Source: the human T2T-CHM13v2.0 reference genome, Homo sapiens. From it: a DNA stretch of 64,000 nucleotides. Location of the stretch: NCBI RefSeq assembly GCF_009914755.1, contig NC_060937.1, one strand, 5' to 3'. Made by a program: the position numbers and the translations under genes. Under the pieces are notes generated by a model. That model did no database searches. It saw nothing but the letters and a program-made list of their open reading frames with translations, and was not told where the DNA came from. Shown here piece after piece: positions 42,040 to 56,148 of this stretch; the first letter of the stretch is position 1; each line of letters opens with the position of its first letter.

Positions 42040-44049
42040 TTAGGTAGAAAGACAAAGAAGTGTTTTCTGTGTGACTTCCACAAATTATCTTCACCAGCAC
42101 ATGGCCTTTACTTTCAGAGAACTTTTTAACAGAGAAATCACTGAAACAATGGACGTGATTTCCATGACTCCTCTGAGTTTGCTGCTCCATCCTGTGCTCT
42201 CTCAGAACTGTTGTTGTCTATGCCATTCTTCTGATAGATTAAAAATAGCCAACCCCCTCCCCACCACCAAAAAACAATCTGCCCCACAGAGGCTATTCAA
42301 TACAGCTACTTAATAAAGATAACATGTGGACAAGGTTCTGGTCTGAAAGTCCACAGGGTTTGATTGGCATAATTGACTGAAATAGCCTGTGGTGTACCCC
42401 TAGCATAACAAACTACCCCAGATCCAAAAGTTGGTATAACATGTCTGAGACCAGCATTTTATAATCTCCATCACATAGTAAGTATTAGTGTTTTCCTGAC
42501 AAAGAAATAGTACTGCTGGCTAACACATTTGGCTAATGTATTAGAGATACCACATAGCAATTTTTTGTTCTTTTTAGTGTTAAACAGACTATTAAAAATC
42601 ATAATGCCTCATATACTTTATATAAAAATACTACTTGTGGTCAAAACAAAACATGCCTTTCAGGTCCCAAGCATATATGCAAGCAGTGTACTCTCAAATT
42701 TGAATCCCTCTGTTGTCTAAACAGCAAAACTTATGAATAGTGAGAAGGTGGCATATACTTAACATATTTAATATTGCATTTTATAAGATGCAATACACAG
42801 ATTGTCACACAAGCAATTCTAGAGAATAAATACCAAGATAGTGCTAAGATTTCATCAACGGTATGATTTAAATGAACATTGTTAAGGATTTCAGAATTAA
42901 ACCTCATTTTCTTGGTAGGTTTCATGTAATACCAGTCCCAAATTTCATTCAACAATAAAAATCATTGTGAACTAATATGATAGGAAATTAGATGAGCCGT
43001 AATGTCTAGGCAAAATCATCTAAGTTTAAAATGTAATGGCATATATAAATGTATATATTACAAATATAAATGAAACAGATCACAGGGTAGTCAAAAAGTG
43101 ACAGCTGCTTTAATTCGTAGGAGTTTAGACTTCCAGCCCCTCTGGAAATTATGAAATGAGGAATAACAAAAAAAAAAACTACCCCCCATTATTATCCAAG
43201 CACAAGTGGTATAAGATCATTTATCTTGATGTATGTCACCTTAGAGCACATATTATCCCTATCTCTCAAAGTGTTTTTTCCCCTTTATTTCATCTCTGAC
43301 ATTCATTGTAAATTTAATGATCCACATACGATTTGCTGGTGTCTCAGTCTGGTGTTTTGAATCATGAAACTAGTGCTAAATTTATGGCACTGCAGTACCA
43401 CTTAGTGAATCATTAAGCAGTACAGTGATTTTAATGATTTGGATCATACTGGACCTCATCACTATATAATGAGGTTCCATTTAGTGTAAATTTTATGTAA
43501 AAATTCAATTTGCAAACCAACAACATGAAACTACAACATTTTTTCTAACTTGACATTGTATTTATTTATCACATATTTCTATTGGGTTCTACTGTTAAGT
43601 TCCTTAATAGAATAATACTTTATTCTATTTTCTTTTTATCAGCATAATATTTAAATGATCTCAAGAATGGAAGTGACCAGTAACACCTTACCCCATCTTA
43701 AACTTTTTCATTGTCAAGTTTACTCAACTCAAAGATCTCAGAAATAATTGTTAACTTGTATGTGGTTTTAATGTCTTTGATACTATGCATTCACTTTACC
43801 ATTCACAACTAAATTGCTGTATAACCTATCTTTCATTCCAGGACAGATTACAAATGCAGAAAAGAAACAATGGTTTGGGCATGTCTCTCTCGCCTTTGCC
43901 ATTTGATAAAAGTCCATAGCCTTTGACAATTATGCTTTTTCTTCTGAGGAGATAAAGCTTAACATTCTAAATGATATTGAGTTAAAATACCAACTATAGT
44001 TTAGCTATTTCATATCAAACAATTAGTTGATTGGGTGCTTAGTGATAAC

Positions 44050-44175
44050 TTTTCAATTAGCAGAAAGGGAAACTGAGGGCAAGAGAGGTTAAAATATCCT
44101 GACCAAGGTTATACAGTTATTATATGATTTCAAGAAACAAATCTATGTCCCTGGACATAAGCAATTGCTCTTCCT
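44050..44175 (-). mobile_element. MIR fragment
   Basis: ggaaactgagggcaagagaggttaaaatatcctgaccaaggttatacag. Confidence 0.65.
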
Positions 44176-44823
44176 CAAATTCATTTAAAAATTAAAGAGT
44201 AGCACAATAATATATTCATACTACGTCTGTAAAATAAATTTCTGATTTCATGTTTTATATTTCAGTTTCCTCTGCATCATTGATGAGCATGTCTGCATAG
44301 TGACCTGATTCACCCTGTACTAAATGATGGCTTTAAAAACTGAGTTCTAACAAGCATAGTAATAATAGTAAGATCATAAGGTACTCTGAAACTGAATTGT
44401 TTACAGTCTGCATGGGTAGTAAAGTATAATTTTTAAAACTAGTTCTTTGACCTAAGCACATGTTATTCAAAGGGCTAAGCCCATAGATGGAGAATGTATT
44501 TCTTGCTCATGCCGAATAATAAATGTTTAAAAAAAAAACTTAAAAAGGATTGAAGAGAAATCAAATACCTATTCTAAACAGACCCATGTTTCCAATAGAA
44601 GCAATAAGTTACGTTGTATTTTAAAGTCACAAAGAACGAGGGGGTCCAATCTCCCTAAAATTCACACTTATCTCTTAATTTACTAAGGACTGAAATAGAA
44701 AACATAAAACAATTCCTCTTCAAGATTTATTTCTATGCTTCAGGAAAACCAGTGTGTCTTATTCCAGTATGTATACTGAGAAGGTTAAAGCATGGAAAGA
44801 GCTTTTAAAATTACCTCTTCTCA

Positions 44824-45122
44824 GGCCGGGCCCGGTGGCTCATGCCTGTAATCACAGCACTTTGGGAGGCCGAGGAGGGCAGATCATCTGAGGACAGGCA
44901 TTCGAGACCAGCCTGGTCAATGTAGGGAAACCCTGTCTCTACTAAAAATACAAAAATTAGCCAGGTGTGGTGATGCACGCTTGTAGTCCCAACTACTCGG
45001 AGACTAAGGCAGGACAATCACTTGAACCCAGGAGGCAGAGGCTGCAGTGAGCCGAGATCGTGCCACTACACTCCAGCCTAGGTGACAGAGTGAGACTCCA
45101 TCTCAAAATATAAATAAATAAA
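44824..45122 (+). mobile_element. AluS
   Basis: Full dimer with a (TAAA)n tail. Confidence 0.93.
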
Positions 45123-48100
45123 TAATCTTTTTTCAGATAGATGGGGTCACAAAAGCTACAAAAGACACTGACTTCCCAAAGGCTCCCAAAGAGCAGATCC
45201 TAGCTTGGGCAGTAGCTGTCACATGCCCTGGGGACTCTGACAGCTTAAGGGCTTTTAATCCTCTTTTCCTAAGCTCTGTTGTCATTTTTCATCTTGTTTG
45301 GACTCCAGCTGTTACTTTGGGAAGGGTTTATACTTGAGCATGAGAATGCGTGTGGATGAGAACAACACGGAACAACAAGTAGTGAATGGCTGGCCAGCCT
45401 AGGATTCTTTTATCTCAACTTCTCAGTGTTTCTTCCAATTTCTAACCCATGTCAAATGTTTAAATTTTACATGAATCTCACTAAATTTTTTATAATTAGT
45501 AATAATCTCCAGAATAATGACACATATTACTCTTCTGCATAACAGCTGTACTTACTCCTTTTTAAACAAGAAATAAAACTATGCAAGTAGTCAAGACGCT
45601 TAATTCAAATTTGCCACACTGATATCAAGGCATGAAACATCTCAAAATAGTATGATTCCATTGTGGTCACTCAAACATCCCAATTTAAATGGGAAGATGT
45701 TGGAGAACACACTAATTTGGATGTGGTTCAATGTGGAGTGGAACTGGAGCTAAGGCTTGAAAGGCAGATTACGTTCAGATTGTTGCAGCCAAATAGTGTT
45801 TTAAAGATGAAGTGCGTAGCTACTATGGGAAAAAATTGAGGAAGTTTGGAAAGGGATTTGTACTTAAATCCCTAAATCTCTCCAGATAGATGTCTATTTT
45901 GATCACATTTCTTTCCATGGCACCTACTCTTTCTGCCTCACTTGGTCTGTACAGCTATAGTCTGGGTGCCATGATTGAGATAAGCCTTTTAAAAACATTC
46001 TCCTTATTTTACTCTAGGGTCTTCTTCATCACCCACTTACTTGTTTAGGGGTCCCAGAGATATTTAGCAAGCAGAGTCCTTGTGAAGGGTATTTTCCGGT
46101 CAAGTGATTAAGTGGTCACTCTGCTACTATCTCAACCTAAGAGAGATGCAGGCTCAGCTGCCACATCACTGAAATTCCTGTAGAGTTGCAGCCCGAGTAC
46201 CAAGGGCCCAGCCTCTGAGATGCCCTATGACCCTTCCTACCACGTCCTGCAGCTTGCCAAGGGCCCAAAGAGTATGGGACATTTCTTTGTAGTAGTCTTA
46301 AGGACTCACTCCCTAACCCAGAGGCGGCCACTTCCATCTTTCTTCCTCCAAGTCTTTTTCTCTCTTCTTGTCTCCTCTGGGATATAGACTGTCACATAAC
46401 ATCCTTAAAGAGACTGGGCTTTCAAAAACTAAAGCCAGTGGTAAATATGGGTTAGATGCCAGAGAGAAGTTGAGCAGTATCTTCAAGAAAATAATGTTTT
46501 CTGCTCTGCAAAACAATGACCTTGAGGCAAGGAAACAAAAAGTTCTGATTACTTTCTTGGCAGAAAAGAGAAGGAAGAAAAGATGGAAATTTGGATTTGT
46601 CAATGGATAATCATCCCACCAAATAGATCAATCACAACATCATTAACTGTGGATTTACTGTCTACAGAGCTCTGTCCTCATCCCTGTGGAGCAGTAACTA
46701 ATAATAATCAAACATTTACTGAGCACCTACTATGTGCCAGGTACAGTTACAACAGTCCCTGTCATTGAGTCATTCACAGTCAAATTAGGGAAGAGTCTAT
46801 TTGTAATACAAGATTGTGCTGGGATAGGGACTAAAGGATTATCTATCATAGCTTAAGTGGCAGAGGGTTAATCTATAAGTACTAAGAAGTCACTGTGGAA
46901 TCACTGAGTGCTTTCCATAACCCACTGATGATTGCCCTAGGAATTGGCAGCAAAATTATACTCACAATGCTACAAATGGAAAATTATTATAGAGGGAAAA
47001 GGTGGCAGGAGTAGGGTCTCCAACTGTTCCATTGCAAATTCAGGGCTCTTAAGTTAAATCCTCACTCTTGATTTATTCAGTTTCACTCTGCTTATGGAAA
47101 TGCTTATATATGAGCCCATTTTCACAAGTCTCAGCAACATCTTGGTGTGACCAGCCCCTTCTGTAATTGCCATTTTTGGAAATTCATCCAAGATTTAAAC
47201 AAATGTAAGAAATTAGGACCTATATTGCACACTAGAAAGCTTGATAAAAATGCATCCCTTTTAATCCTTCTCAAAAAGTTTATCCCTTGAAAAATCTCAA
47301 AACAATAATTTCACTATGTTTTAGTGAATGGATGAGTATTTGACTTCAAATATTTTAAACTTGCAATTATATCCCATTGGGTTGGTCTTTAATGCTTTTG
47401 TGAGATGAGGATCAAGGAAAGTGAAATGATATTTAAACCTCACTAATTAGGCTGCTAAGAGAAGAATCCATTAGGATGAAGAGTAGACCCTCATCACTAT
47501 GCAATTCTCTGTTTTTTAACCCATGAACTCAGTTTTAAAGACAGGATCCTTCCCTCTCCCTGCCCTTTACCAAAAATTCCAAGTGTTGAAAAGTTCTATA
47601 AACATACATAAACTTAGGCTAGCAAGATTTCTTGTTAATTACATAATAGTAAAACCTCCATCTTCAAGTCTTGTGTTCACATTTCACTTCTCTGCATAGC
47701 ATTTATTATAGCAATTCCTGAACTTCAGGAATTAAATTTCAGTTATTCTGGGTTTAGGACCAGGCCCTTGTCTGATTCCAGTCCCTTGCATGCAGCAAGT
47801 TGCAAGGTTAAAGTTCCCTGAAGCTAAATGGTTGAACCCCTTTGAAAAAAGAAAAAATGATCTAATTAGTCCAACATATGTAAATAGTGATCAATTAGTA
47901 TTTTACAGCAAAAACAATATGTAATGTGTACAGCCTACACAACTCATTACAGTACTGCCGGACAAATTTTTAACACAGGACAGAATTCTCAATTATACAG
48001 ACTTCATGAAACATGAAACTTTACTTTTTAATTTTTTTTCAAGCTTTCTAAATAAATGATGATTTAGGAAATGATGATTTAGCTATAGGAAAAATATACT

Positions 48101-48438
48101 TAGCTACAAACCTGAACAGTAATAATTATCCTCGGAATTTTTGTCATCTGTGGTAAGACCCTGATCTAGTTCTGGGTTAATGACAGCATTAGGCAATATG
48201 TGCTATGCAGGAGAGCCCCCAAGCCAGGCCCATCCTCAACAACTTTGGAAGTAGGAATGAGGGTCCAGGTACTCCAGGAACTCCAGATTAGGTGGCCTAT
48301 CTCCTACCCTCCATATCACTCCTTCAGGACTGAAGAGGGGACCCAGAACTCCAGGGCCCTGTGGCAAGACCCTATCCTTTTGTTTCCTAACACCCAGCAC
48401 CTCTGCACCTACTGTCTGCCCTGAAACCATCAGGATGA

Positions 48439-48751
<313 letters not shown>

Positions 48752-48879
48752 CCCTTTATCCCTTTTTACGTTGGTCACATGAAGCCCAGGACTCCCAGCT
48801 AGTCCCTCACTCCCTGCACCCTAATTGTCATGTGGCTCTAGAGCAAAGAAGCAACAGAATTCCACCCACAGCCCCTGGT

Positions 48880-49100
48880 ACACTCTTTCCCCCTTCACTG
48901 CATTATTTTCCTACATTGTACTTATCCTTCAGCTGAAAAACTGTATTTATTTTTGCCTTGCTGATTTTTCTCTAGTAGAATGTATGGTGGCTGAGGGCTT
49001 ATTTGTTTTTTACATCACTGTGTTCCAAGAACTTAAGACAGTTCACAGCAAATAGAAAGTGCTCAATATTGAAAAAAAAATGAATGGATGAATGAATGAA
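48880..49100 (+). mobile_element. L2 3' end
   Basis: catcactgtgttccaagaacttaagacag...gtgctcaata...tgaatggatgaatgaatgaa. Confidence 0.75.
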
Positions 49101-50641
49101 ATACAAGTAAATTATATAAATCTAATTCAAACCAAATTATGTTTATCATGCATCTAAATGTGTCAGGGACCTGCCTATATTACGAGTTAGGCATTAGAGA
49201 TATGGAGATAAATGGACCCGATGCCTTTATTCTACTAATCCTTGATCCTCCATACCTAATATTTGCATTAAAAAGATAGACAGATAGATGATAGAGATAC
49301 AGGGGGCTTTGTAGCCATGCCCTAGGAAAAATATTACCAATTTTGAATATCCCATTTATACAGCACTATTAATTCCATCTTCATAATATAAAGTATAAAT
49401 ATGGTGGTCCTTTTCATTATCTATAATGTTTTATATGTAGACATGTAAATTTATAACATTACAGGCAATATTTAGTGAGAAATGCATATTTTGCTAGGAC
49501 TCAGAATCAAATTCTCTCAACTATCAAGTAAAAATAATTTGTTTGAATGGGAAATTTTCAGTGAGGAAAATATTACACCAAAAGACATTGAAAGTCAGAA
49601 GAGAAAACAAGGTTGTTAGTAGGCCTTTATGCAATTTATAATAACCTATCTCTAGAGGGGTAAAAATGGTCCCATTTCTCATTGTTGGCAATTTTTCTCA
49701 ATGACCATTATGTCTACCAACATTTTCTTTTTGAAAATACAGTCAAAGTTGTAACAGAAAATCACAGATGCAATCAAATTCATACTAATGGCTGAAATGC
49801 ACCATATGCGCTCTGATACCTATGCACAATAGGGTGCAGGTTTAATGACTTTCTTATTGTGCCCCTGTTGTAATTAGGTATTAAAGGACATATGGTATGC
49901 TGCCGTTTTAACAGTGAATTTCCTTGTTTTTTATTGTTTTCTATCAGAAGCTTAACAGTCTTTCAGGGTAGTATTAGTAGTGAGAATTAAACCACATGTT
50001 GATTTCATTTTTTTAAGCCTTGGAATCTCATCTTGATTAGCCTTATTAGTGTAGTGCCAAAGAAAACATCCAAATCAAATCTATTTTCAGTAAATATGAA
50101 GTAAAATACATTTGAATTGGTAAGAAATAAGTGAAAACTCCAGTAGAAATATACACCTAGGATATTATATGTAGAGATTTAGTAACCAAATAGAAACTCA
50201 TGTGTCCAGAAAGTCGCTAAAGTTTGATGATTTGGAGATATTTCAACCTTCTTTCAAAATATTTATGAAAATCATTTTTGATAGGCAACTACTATATAAG
50301 AGATTTCTATATAAGTGGTAAAGAATTCAATAAAATCCCAAATATACTCATAACAAAAATCCAACTGAAAACAAAAATGTCAGCTACGCAAGAGCATTGG
50401 AAGCTGTGAGTCATGATGTTTAGTTTAACTTGTTCAAACACAACCTAAGATTTTTCAAAGACCCAAAGGCCATGATTTATGAAAATTTAATACATTTGAA
50501 GAAAATCTGGATCAATTCAGAAGCCAATTTTTATCACTAAAAAAAAATTGAGAGACAAAAATATGATGGCAAACTATACTTTCAAGTCATTCAAAAATTT
50601 ACCTTAAACTTAATTAAATCTTGCTCACATTTTGGCATATA

Positions 50642-50982
50642 TAGTCGGCCATCCATATCCATGGGTTCCACATCTGTGGATCCTACCAACCACAGATCAA
50701 AAATAGTTGGGCAAATAAATAATGGTTGCATCAGTACTGAACATGTACAACATTTTTTTCTTATTATTCCATAAACAATACAGTATAACAAGTATTTACA
50801 TAGCATTTATGTTGTATTAGGCATTATAAGCAATCTAGAAATGATTTGAAGAATACAGGAGGATATACATAGGTTATATGTAAATACAACATCATTTTAT
50901 ATCAAGGACTTGAGGCTCTATGAATTTTGGCATTCTCAGAGGGCCCTGGAACGAATCCCCCATGGATGCCAAGGGACAACTG
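50642..50982 (-). mobile_element. MER2 Tigger-derived MITE
   Basis: TIRs (t)agtcggccatccatatccatggg / cccatggatgccaagggacaactg, TA flanks, ~340 bp. Confidence 0.88.
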
Positions 50983-52065
50983 TATACCAACCAAGCACTG
51001 AGTAGCTTTAAATGCAAATGGTCCTTAGCATCTAGAAGGAATGCTACGGATTCTCAGGAAGAAATTTTTATTGGATGCTACAGCATTCCACTTGGGCTTT
51101 ACTAGATTTCTGCATTTCAGGTCAGAGAAAGGAGAAAGATCTTATCATGCAAGTTTATATTTTTCAGTCATAAGCATGGCTACATATCCCAGTCCCAGTC
51201 AGCACGAGGGCACATTACAAGATAGCCAGCCAGGCTTCCAAATGAGCCATGAAGATTAATAAAATACAGTCTCCAGCGGATGTTGGCACCTCCCTGTCAG
51301 GCTAGCTAATGAGTACTGTGTTACTGTAAGAGTCAACTGTCACATTATCTCTGGACTAATAAATGAATTCTAAGACAAATAACAATACACAACTAAAATT
51401 CAGTCTAAAAGAGTTTTTCATTTATTGCAGACTGGTACATCCCCAAGAGGCTTTCCAGCTGTCGGCACCATAAGCATTGTCACTTTTTATAGGAAGTATT
51501 CAATAAGGGCAAATTCAGTTAGAATTGTTTTTCAAAATTCAAGGTTTAATATTAACAGCAAAGTATTATTACTAAGTTTAATTCATATGTATCCAAGTAA
51601 CTTATAATATGTAGAGAAAATTCTGTTTAACCTGAGTCTACCAAAATTATAGTGGACAAAGTTTGTTTAGGGGAAGTGGTCAGTTCATATTTGGGGGATT
51701 TTTAAATTTAAATAGGAATCCATATCTTGTAGTGTAGAGACCTTACTTACATCTGTTAAAATTAACTTCACTTCAGATATGAAATCTCTCTGCAGCCTTT
51801 TTTTGTGTATGACATTCTAGAATCCATAACAGAGGAAAAAGCCTACATAGGGAACAATAAATATGGATATCACATTCATTAACCAATTTCTTCCTATTGT
51901 AGTTTGGGTATCCTTGAATTTATTCTGATTAGGAAAGTATATCTCTATGACAATAACAAGAAATGATTACTGAATAGTTACAAAAAATCAAATTTTGTGA
52001 TAATAAGTGTGATGACTAAAGTCAGGGATATAACCTGAAAAACTATTCTATCTAGTTTTTAATTA

Positions 52066-52217
52066 CTGAGAACAGAGGGAGGGAGAGAGGGAGGGAAGGA
52101 ACAAGGGAGGGAGAGAGGGGAAGAGAGAGAGAGGGAGGGAAGGTAGGTAGGTGTAGAGAAGAAAAGGAAGAAGTTAAGGGATTAAAGAAGGTAGGAGAGA
52201 AAATAGAAGAAAAAAAA
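52066..52217 (+). repeat. GA-rich low-complexity tract
   Basis: (GGGA)n/(GA)n mosaic. Confidence 0.9.
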
Positions 52218-53129
52218 TGTCTAACACGTCCATGTTACTCCTATCATTTATAATAACATAATAAATTGTAATTTGCCTCATGACATCACAGAAAGTAGTT
52301 GTCAAACAGATTTGGTGAAGAGGTTCATCTGCTCACTGACTTCTGTGAGAATTTCAGAACAGGAAAGAAGTACTAAAGAATTAGTATAATATATTGGATC
52401 TCTAGTCTATCTAGTCCCACATTCTAAATTACAGAGATAGCTTAGGGTTTACATGAGGAAATGCTTATTCCATTTGTCTTCAATTTCTGTCTATTATTTT
52501 ATATTGCAATCTGACTCCAAAAACCTGAGAAATCTTTCTTTATGCCTTATAATAATAGATACAATGTACTCTGTGCTGTATCCAGAACATAACAGGTACT
52601 TAAAAAATATTTGTTCTCTCCCTCCCTTTTAGTCTATCTCTTTCATTTCCTCCTTTCTCCCCCAACTAGTCTGTCCTGCACTTTAGAAGATGAGTTGTCC
52701 AGAAGATGGAGGTCGGTTGTTCTGGAGGTGTAGATTCTACAAGTCTCCCTGCTTTTCCCTGGTTGGTCCCCTACAGTTGATGTAAGGTATTCATAAAGAT
52801 TTTTTAATGATTAAAGAATTACATTTTTATTCCAATACTGGAATCACTTCATAAAATATTGGTTTGATTTAATAAGTAAATGAGATAAAATTTATGTTAG
52901 CTACTACCATTACCATTATATTGTTATTAATACTATTATTAATACATTGATTGGCAAAGAATTTCCTGTGTATTTTTTAACCTATGTCACTGCTGGATGT
53001 GACAGGCTCCCTGGTTTACTTCCTTCCCTTTGAAGTAATGCTTCCCTTTATTTGTTTCCTGTGATTCCCACAGACCTTGCAGAAAAGGGTTCCGAGTAAT
53101 GTGCAAAATGTCAACAATAAAAACAAGGG

Positions 53130-53315
53130 TTAAGCTCTATGTGCCAGACACTTTACCTGCATTATTTATTTAATCCTCACAATAACTTAAAGCTAAGTAC
53201 CATTATCATCCTGATTTTACAGATGCAAAAACTGAGGCTTAGAAAGTGAAATAACTCAGAGTCGTACACTGAGATGTAATAGAGTCAGGGTTCAAACCTA
53301 GGCTATCAAACTCCC
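53130..53315 (-). mobile_element. MIR
   Basis: tttaatcctcacaataac...attttacagatgcaaaaactgaggcttaga...gggttcaaacctagg. Confidence 0.8.
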
Positions 53316-53583
53316 TGTAAGAACAGTATTCTGCCACCAAAATGAAACCTCCAGCTGGACCCTCCCTTTTAGGGTGCTCTCTGAGGAAAGGATTATGATC
53401 AATATTTGACATTCTTTTTGTAAACCAGCTGTCCCCAGAATTCCCAGAGAACCACCTTAACCTTACTCAACCCTCTGTTTAGACTGTCATAGAAATATAG
53501 TGGAGCAGCAGCAGTCACATAATTTCATCAGCCCGCTGAGAGAGCTCAAATGAATCATGTGTGTGAACCAACTGGAAGAACCA

Positions 53584-53698
53584 TCTATAAAAGATTTCCC
53601 CCTCTTCCACTCAGTTCCTAAGAGATGCATTGTTGTATGTAGTCTATTAAAGATTTTTCCTCCTTCTACCCAGCTCTAAGAGATGCACTGTTGTATGT
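53584..53698. repeat. Two-copy tandem duplication, period 59 bp
   Basis: tctataaaagattt...ctaagagatgcattgttgtatgt repeated as tctattaaagattt...ctaagagatgcactgttgtatgt. Confidence 0.85.
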
Positions 53699-54982
53699 TC
53701 CAGACCCCGAAAGGAAGATTTGCACTAAATCACATGTGTTGGTAACATTTGCAGATTCTTTGTCAGGGTACCGAACTACAAATGGCTGAGCCAAAAGCCT
53801 GAATTAATTGGAGAGGATGCAGTTAGTTCTCACTAAGCAGGCTCTCATAGGCTGTGTCAGAAAAACACACTGCCTGTCTTTGTTGTATCTTCTTTGTGTA
53901 GGGATGCTCTTCCAGCCGTGTCAGTTGCATGCCAGCTTTGTGGGCCTGAAACTTTATAAAAATTCACTTTAAAAAAATAAAGAACATGTCCAAGAATAAC
54001 AAATGAGGAATTTATATCTTCAAAATATGTAGATTTGAGATTTGTTTTGGAAAAAAAAAACTGCCCAAGCTCTACTGAGCATCTGTAACGATGATATATC
54101 TACACATTATATGGCTGGCTATCTTTAGTTTGTTTTTATATCCTGTGGAGTGTGACATCTGTGCAAAAATTATGAACTGACTCATATACAAGAGGTGCTT
54201 ATTCAGAGTTTGAAAAATGGGCCTATTCTTCTACAGTTCAATTATTTATGAAGAAATTAGAAAGAAACTTTAAAATCTTGGAATCTTTTTCTTAATTTAT
54301 TTGTGTGTTATTACAGTCATCCTGATCAAGCAGAAACTATCTGTAGCAAGGGCGAAGGTTTTTCTAAGTGGGTTAATTATATTTATTTTCATGGCCACCA
54401 GCTCCTCATTTGCTTTTTATAAATTACTCAGGGCAAGGGGCTAATCTCTGTGATCGCTCTCAATCTAGAGATAACAGCTCAACCTTTCATTTGAAGTGGA
54501 TCTTTTCTATTACAACCCTTTTATGAACCACCTGTGAAAGGAAGGAAGGCTATATCCATGTGGAGATATAGATATATGCATATAAAAATTTATAACTATT
54601 CCCTAATCACTCAGACGTGTAGGCTAAGCATCACTTATGATTACTACACAGATACTATTATACAAAGAAGTACATTTATATGGAAAACTAAAGAAAGCTT
54701 TTATTATAAGAATAAATGCTCACTGATCCTTAACTCTAACTATCCTATTAATGCAACAATAAGGAGGTTCATTCATCTTTGTCAGTCCATACTTAAGCCC
54801 CCTTAAGTGTGTCTACAGGCAACTAAGAGAAATTAGATGATTCTCTCTCTTACTTTGCTATCCTGGCATGAAATTCTTCTCCCATCCCCCACCTGCATTT
54901 TTGTTCTACTTCAAAATAAGTTTTTAATCAGTATTCCAGTACTGGAATGGAAAGTTAATCATTTGTTTATTTAAAAAAATCT

Positions 54983-55262
54983 CCTTTGGGAGGCTGAGGT
55001 GGGAAGATCACTTGAAGCCAGGAGTTCCAGACCAGCATGGGCAATGTAGCAAGACCTTGTGTCTACAAAAAAAATTTAAAAATTAGTTGGGCTTGGTGGC
55101 ACATGCCTGTAGCCCCCAGCTACTTACTCAGTAGGCTGAGGCGGGAGGATCACTTGAGCCCAAGAGTTCAAGGCTGCAATAAGGGGTGATCATGCCACTG
55201 TACTTCAGTCTGGGTGACAGAGTGAGACCCTGCCTCAAAAAAAAAAAAAAAAAAAAAAAAAA
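54983..55262 (+). mobile_element. AluJ, 5'-truncated
   Basis: Starts at ctttgggaggctgagg; J-type gagttcaaggctgca; long poly(A). Confidence 0.9.
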
Positions 55263-55851
55263 CTTTCCAAACAGCTTGTTTGTTCAAATGCATTTTGACA
55301 TCAACCACAGTGAAGGGCAGGATTTGGGAGACAGTTGTAGAATATACATCTCCAGAATTACTGGCTTCCATCTTCTGGCCAATTCATCTTTGAAAGTTGA
55401 GTCCAGGGTAGAGTAAGTGAAACAGGAAGCGTAAAAAGTGATAAAGAGAATTGGAGGAAGAAAACTAATTTTCCTTGAGCACCTATTGTTTGCCAGGCAC
55501 TGTACATAGCCCATTAATTACATTATTGAAAGGGATAAAGAAGGATCTTCCTGGTTTCTCAAGTTTTTGGAGTTTACCTTACAATATGAAAATAGATGGT
55601 TGGAAATTTATGAGCTGGAGTCCACTTTTACTTCAGCTTTAGGCATCATCTATATCTGAGACCAGACATGCACATCTCAAAGACAGGAACTGTGTCTTCC
55701 TAGACCTTGTATGTAGCCGCTGCAGGGGGACCAAGGCCAAGAGTCTGTTGTATTAAAAGCATTGTTTAGCAGCACCTTCATCCACAAATTGTAATGCTAC
55801 TACACATCATTTTACTAGTGTAGTTTGTTTTTTTACATTCTCAAAAATTCC

Positions 55852-56148
55852 TTTGTTTTTCAGAGACAGCGTCTCACTCTGTCACCCAGGCTGGAGTGCA
55901 GTGGTGCAATTGCAGGTCACTATAACCTCTAATTCCTGAGCGCAAGCAATTCTCCCACCTCAGCCTCCTGAGTAGCTGAGGCTACAGGTGTGAGACACCA
56001 TGTCTGGCTAATTTATTTTATTTTATTTTTTTGTAGAGACAGGGTTCTTGCTATGTTGCCCAAGCTGGTCTCCAACTTCTGGGCTCAAGTAATCCTCCCA
56101 CCTCAACCTCCCAAGTAGGTGGGATCACAGGCATAAAGGTGGTCCAGC
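55852..56148 (-). mobile_element. AluJ
   Basis: Reverse dimer; TSD caaaaattcct / caaagattcct. Confidence 0.9.
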
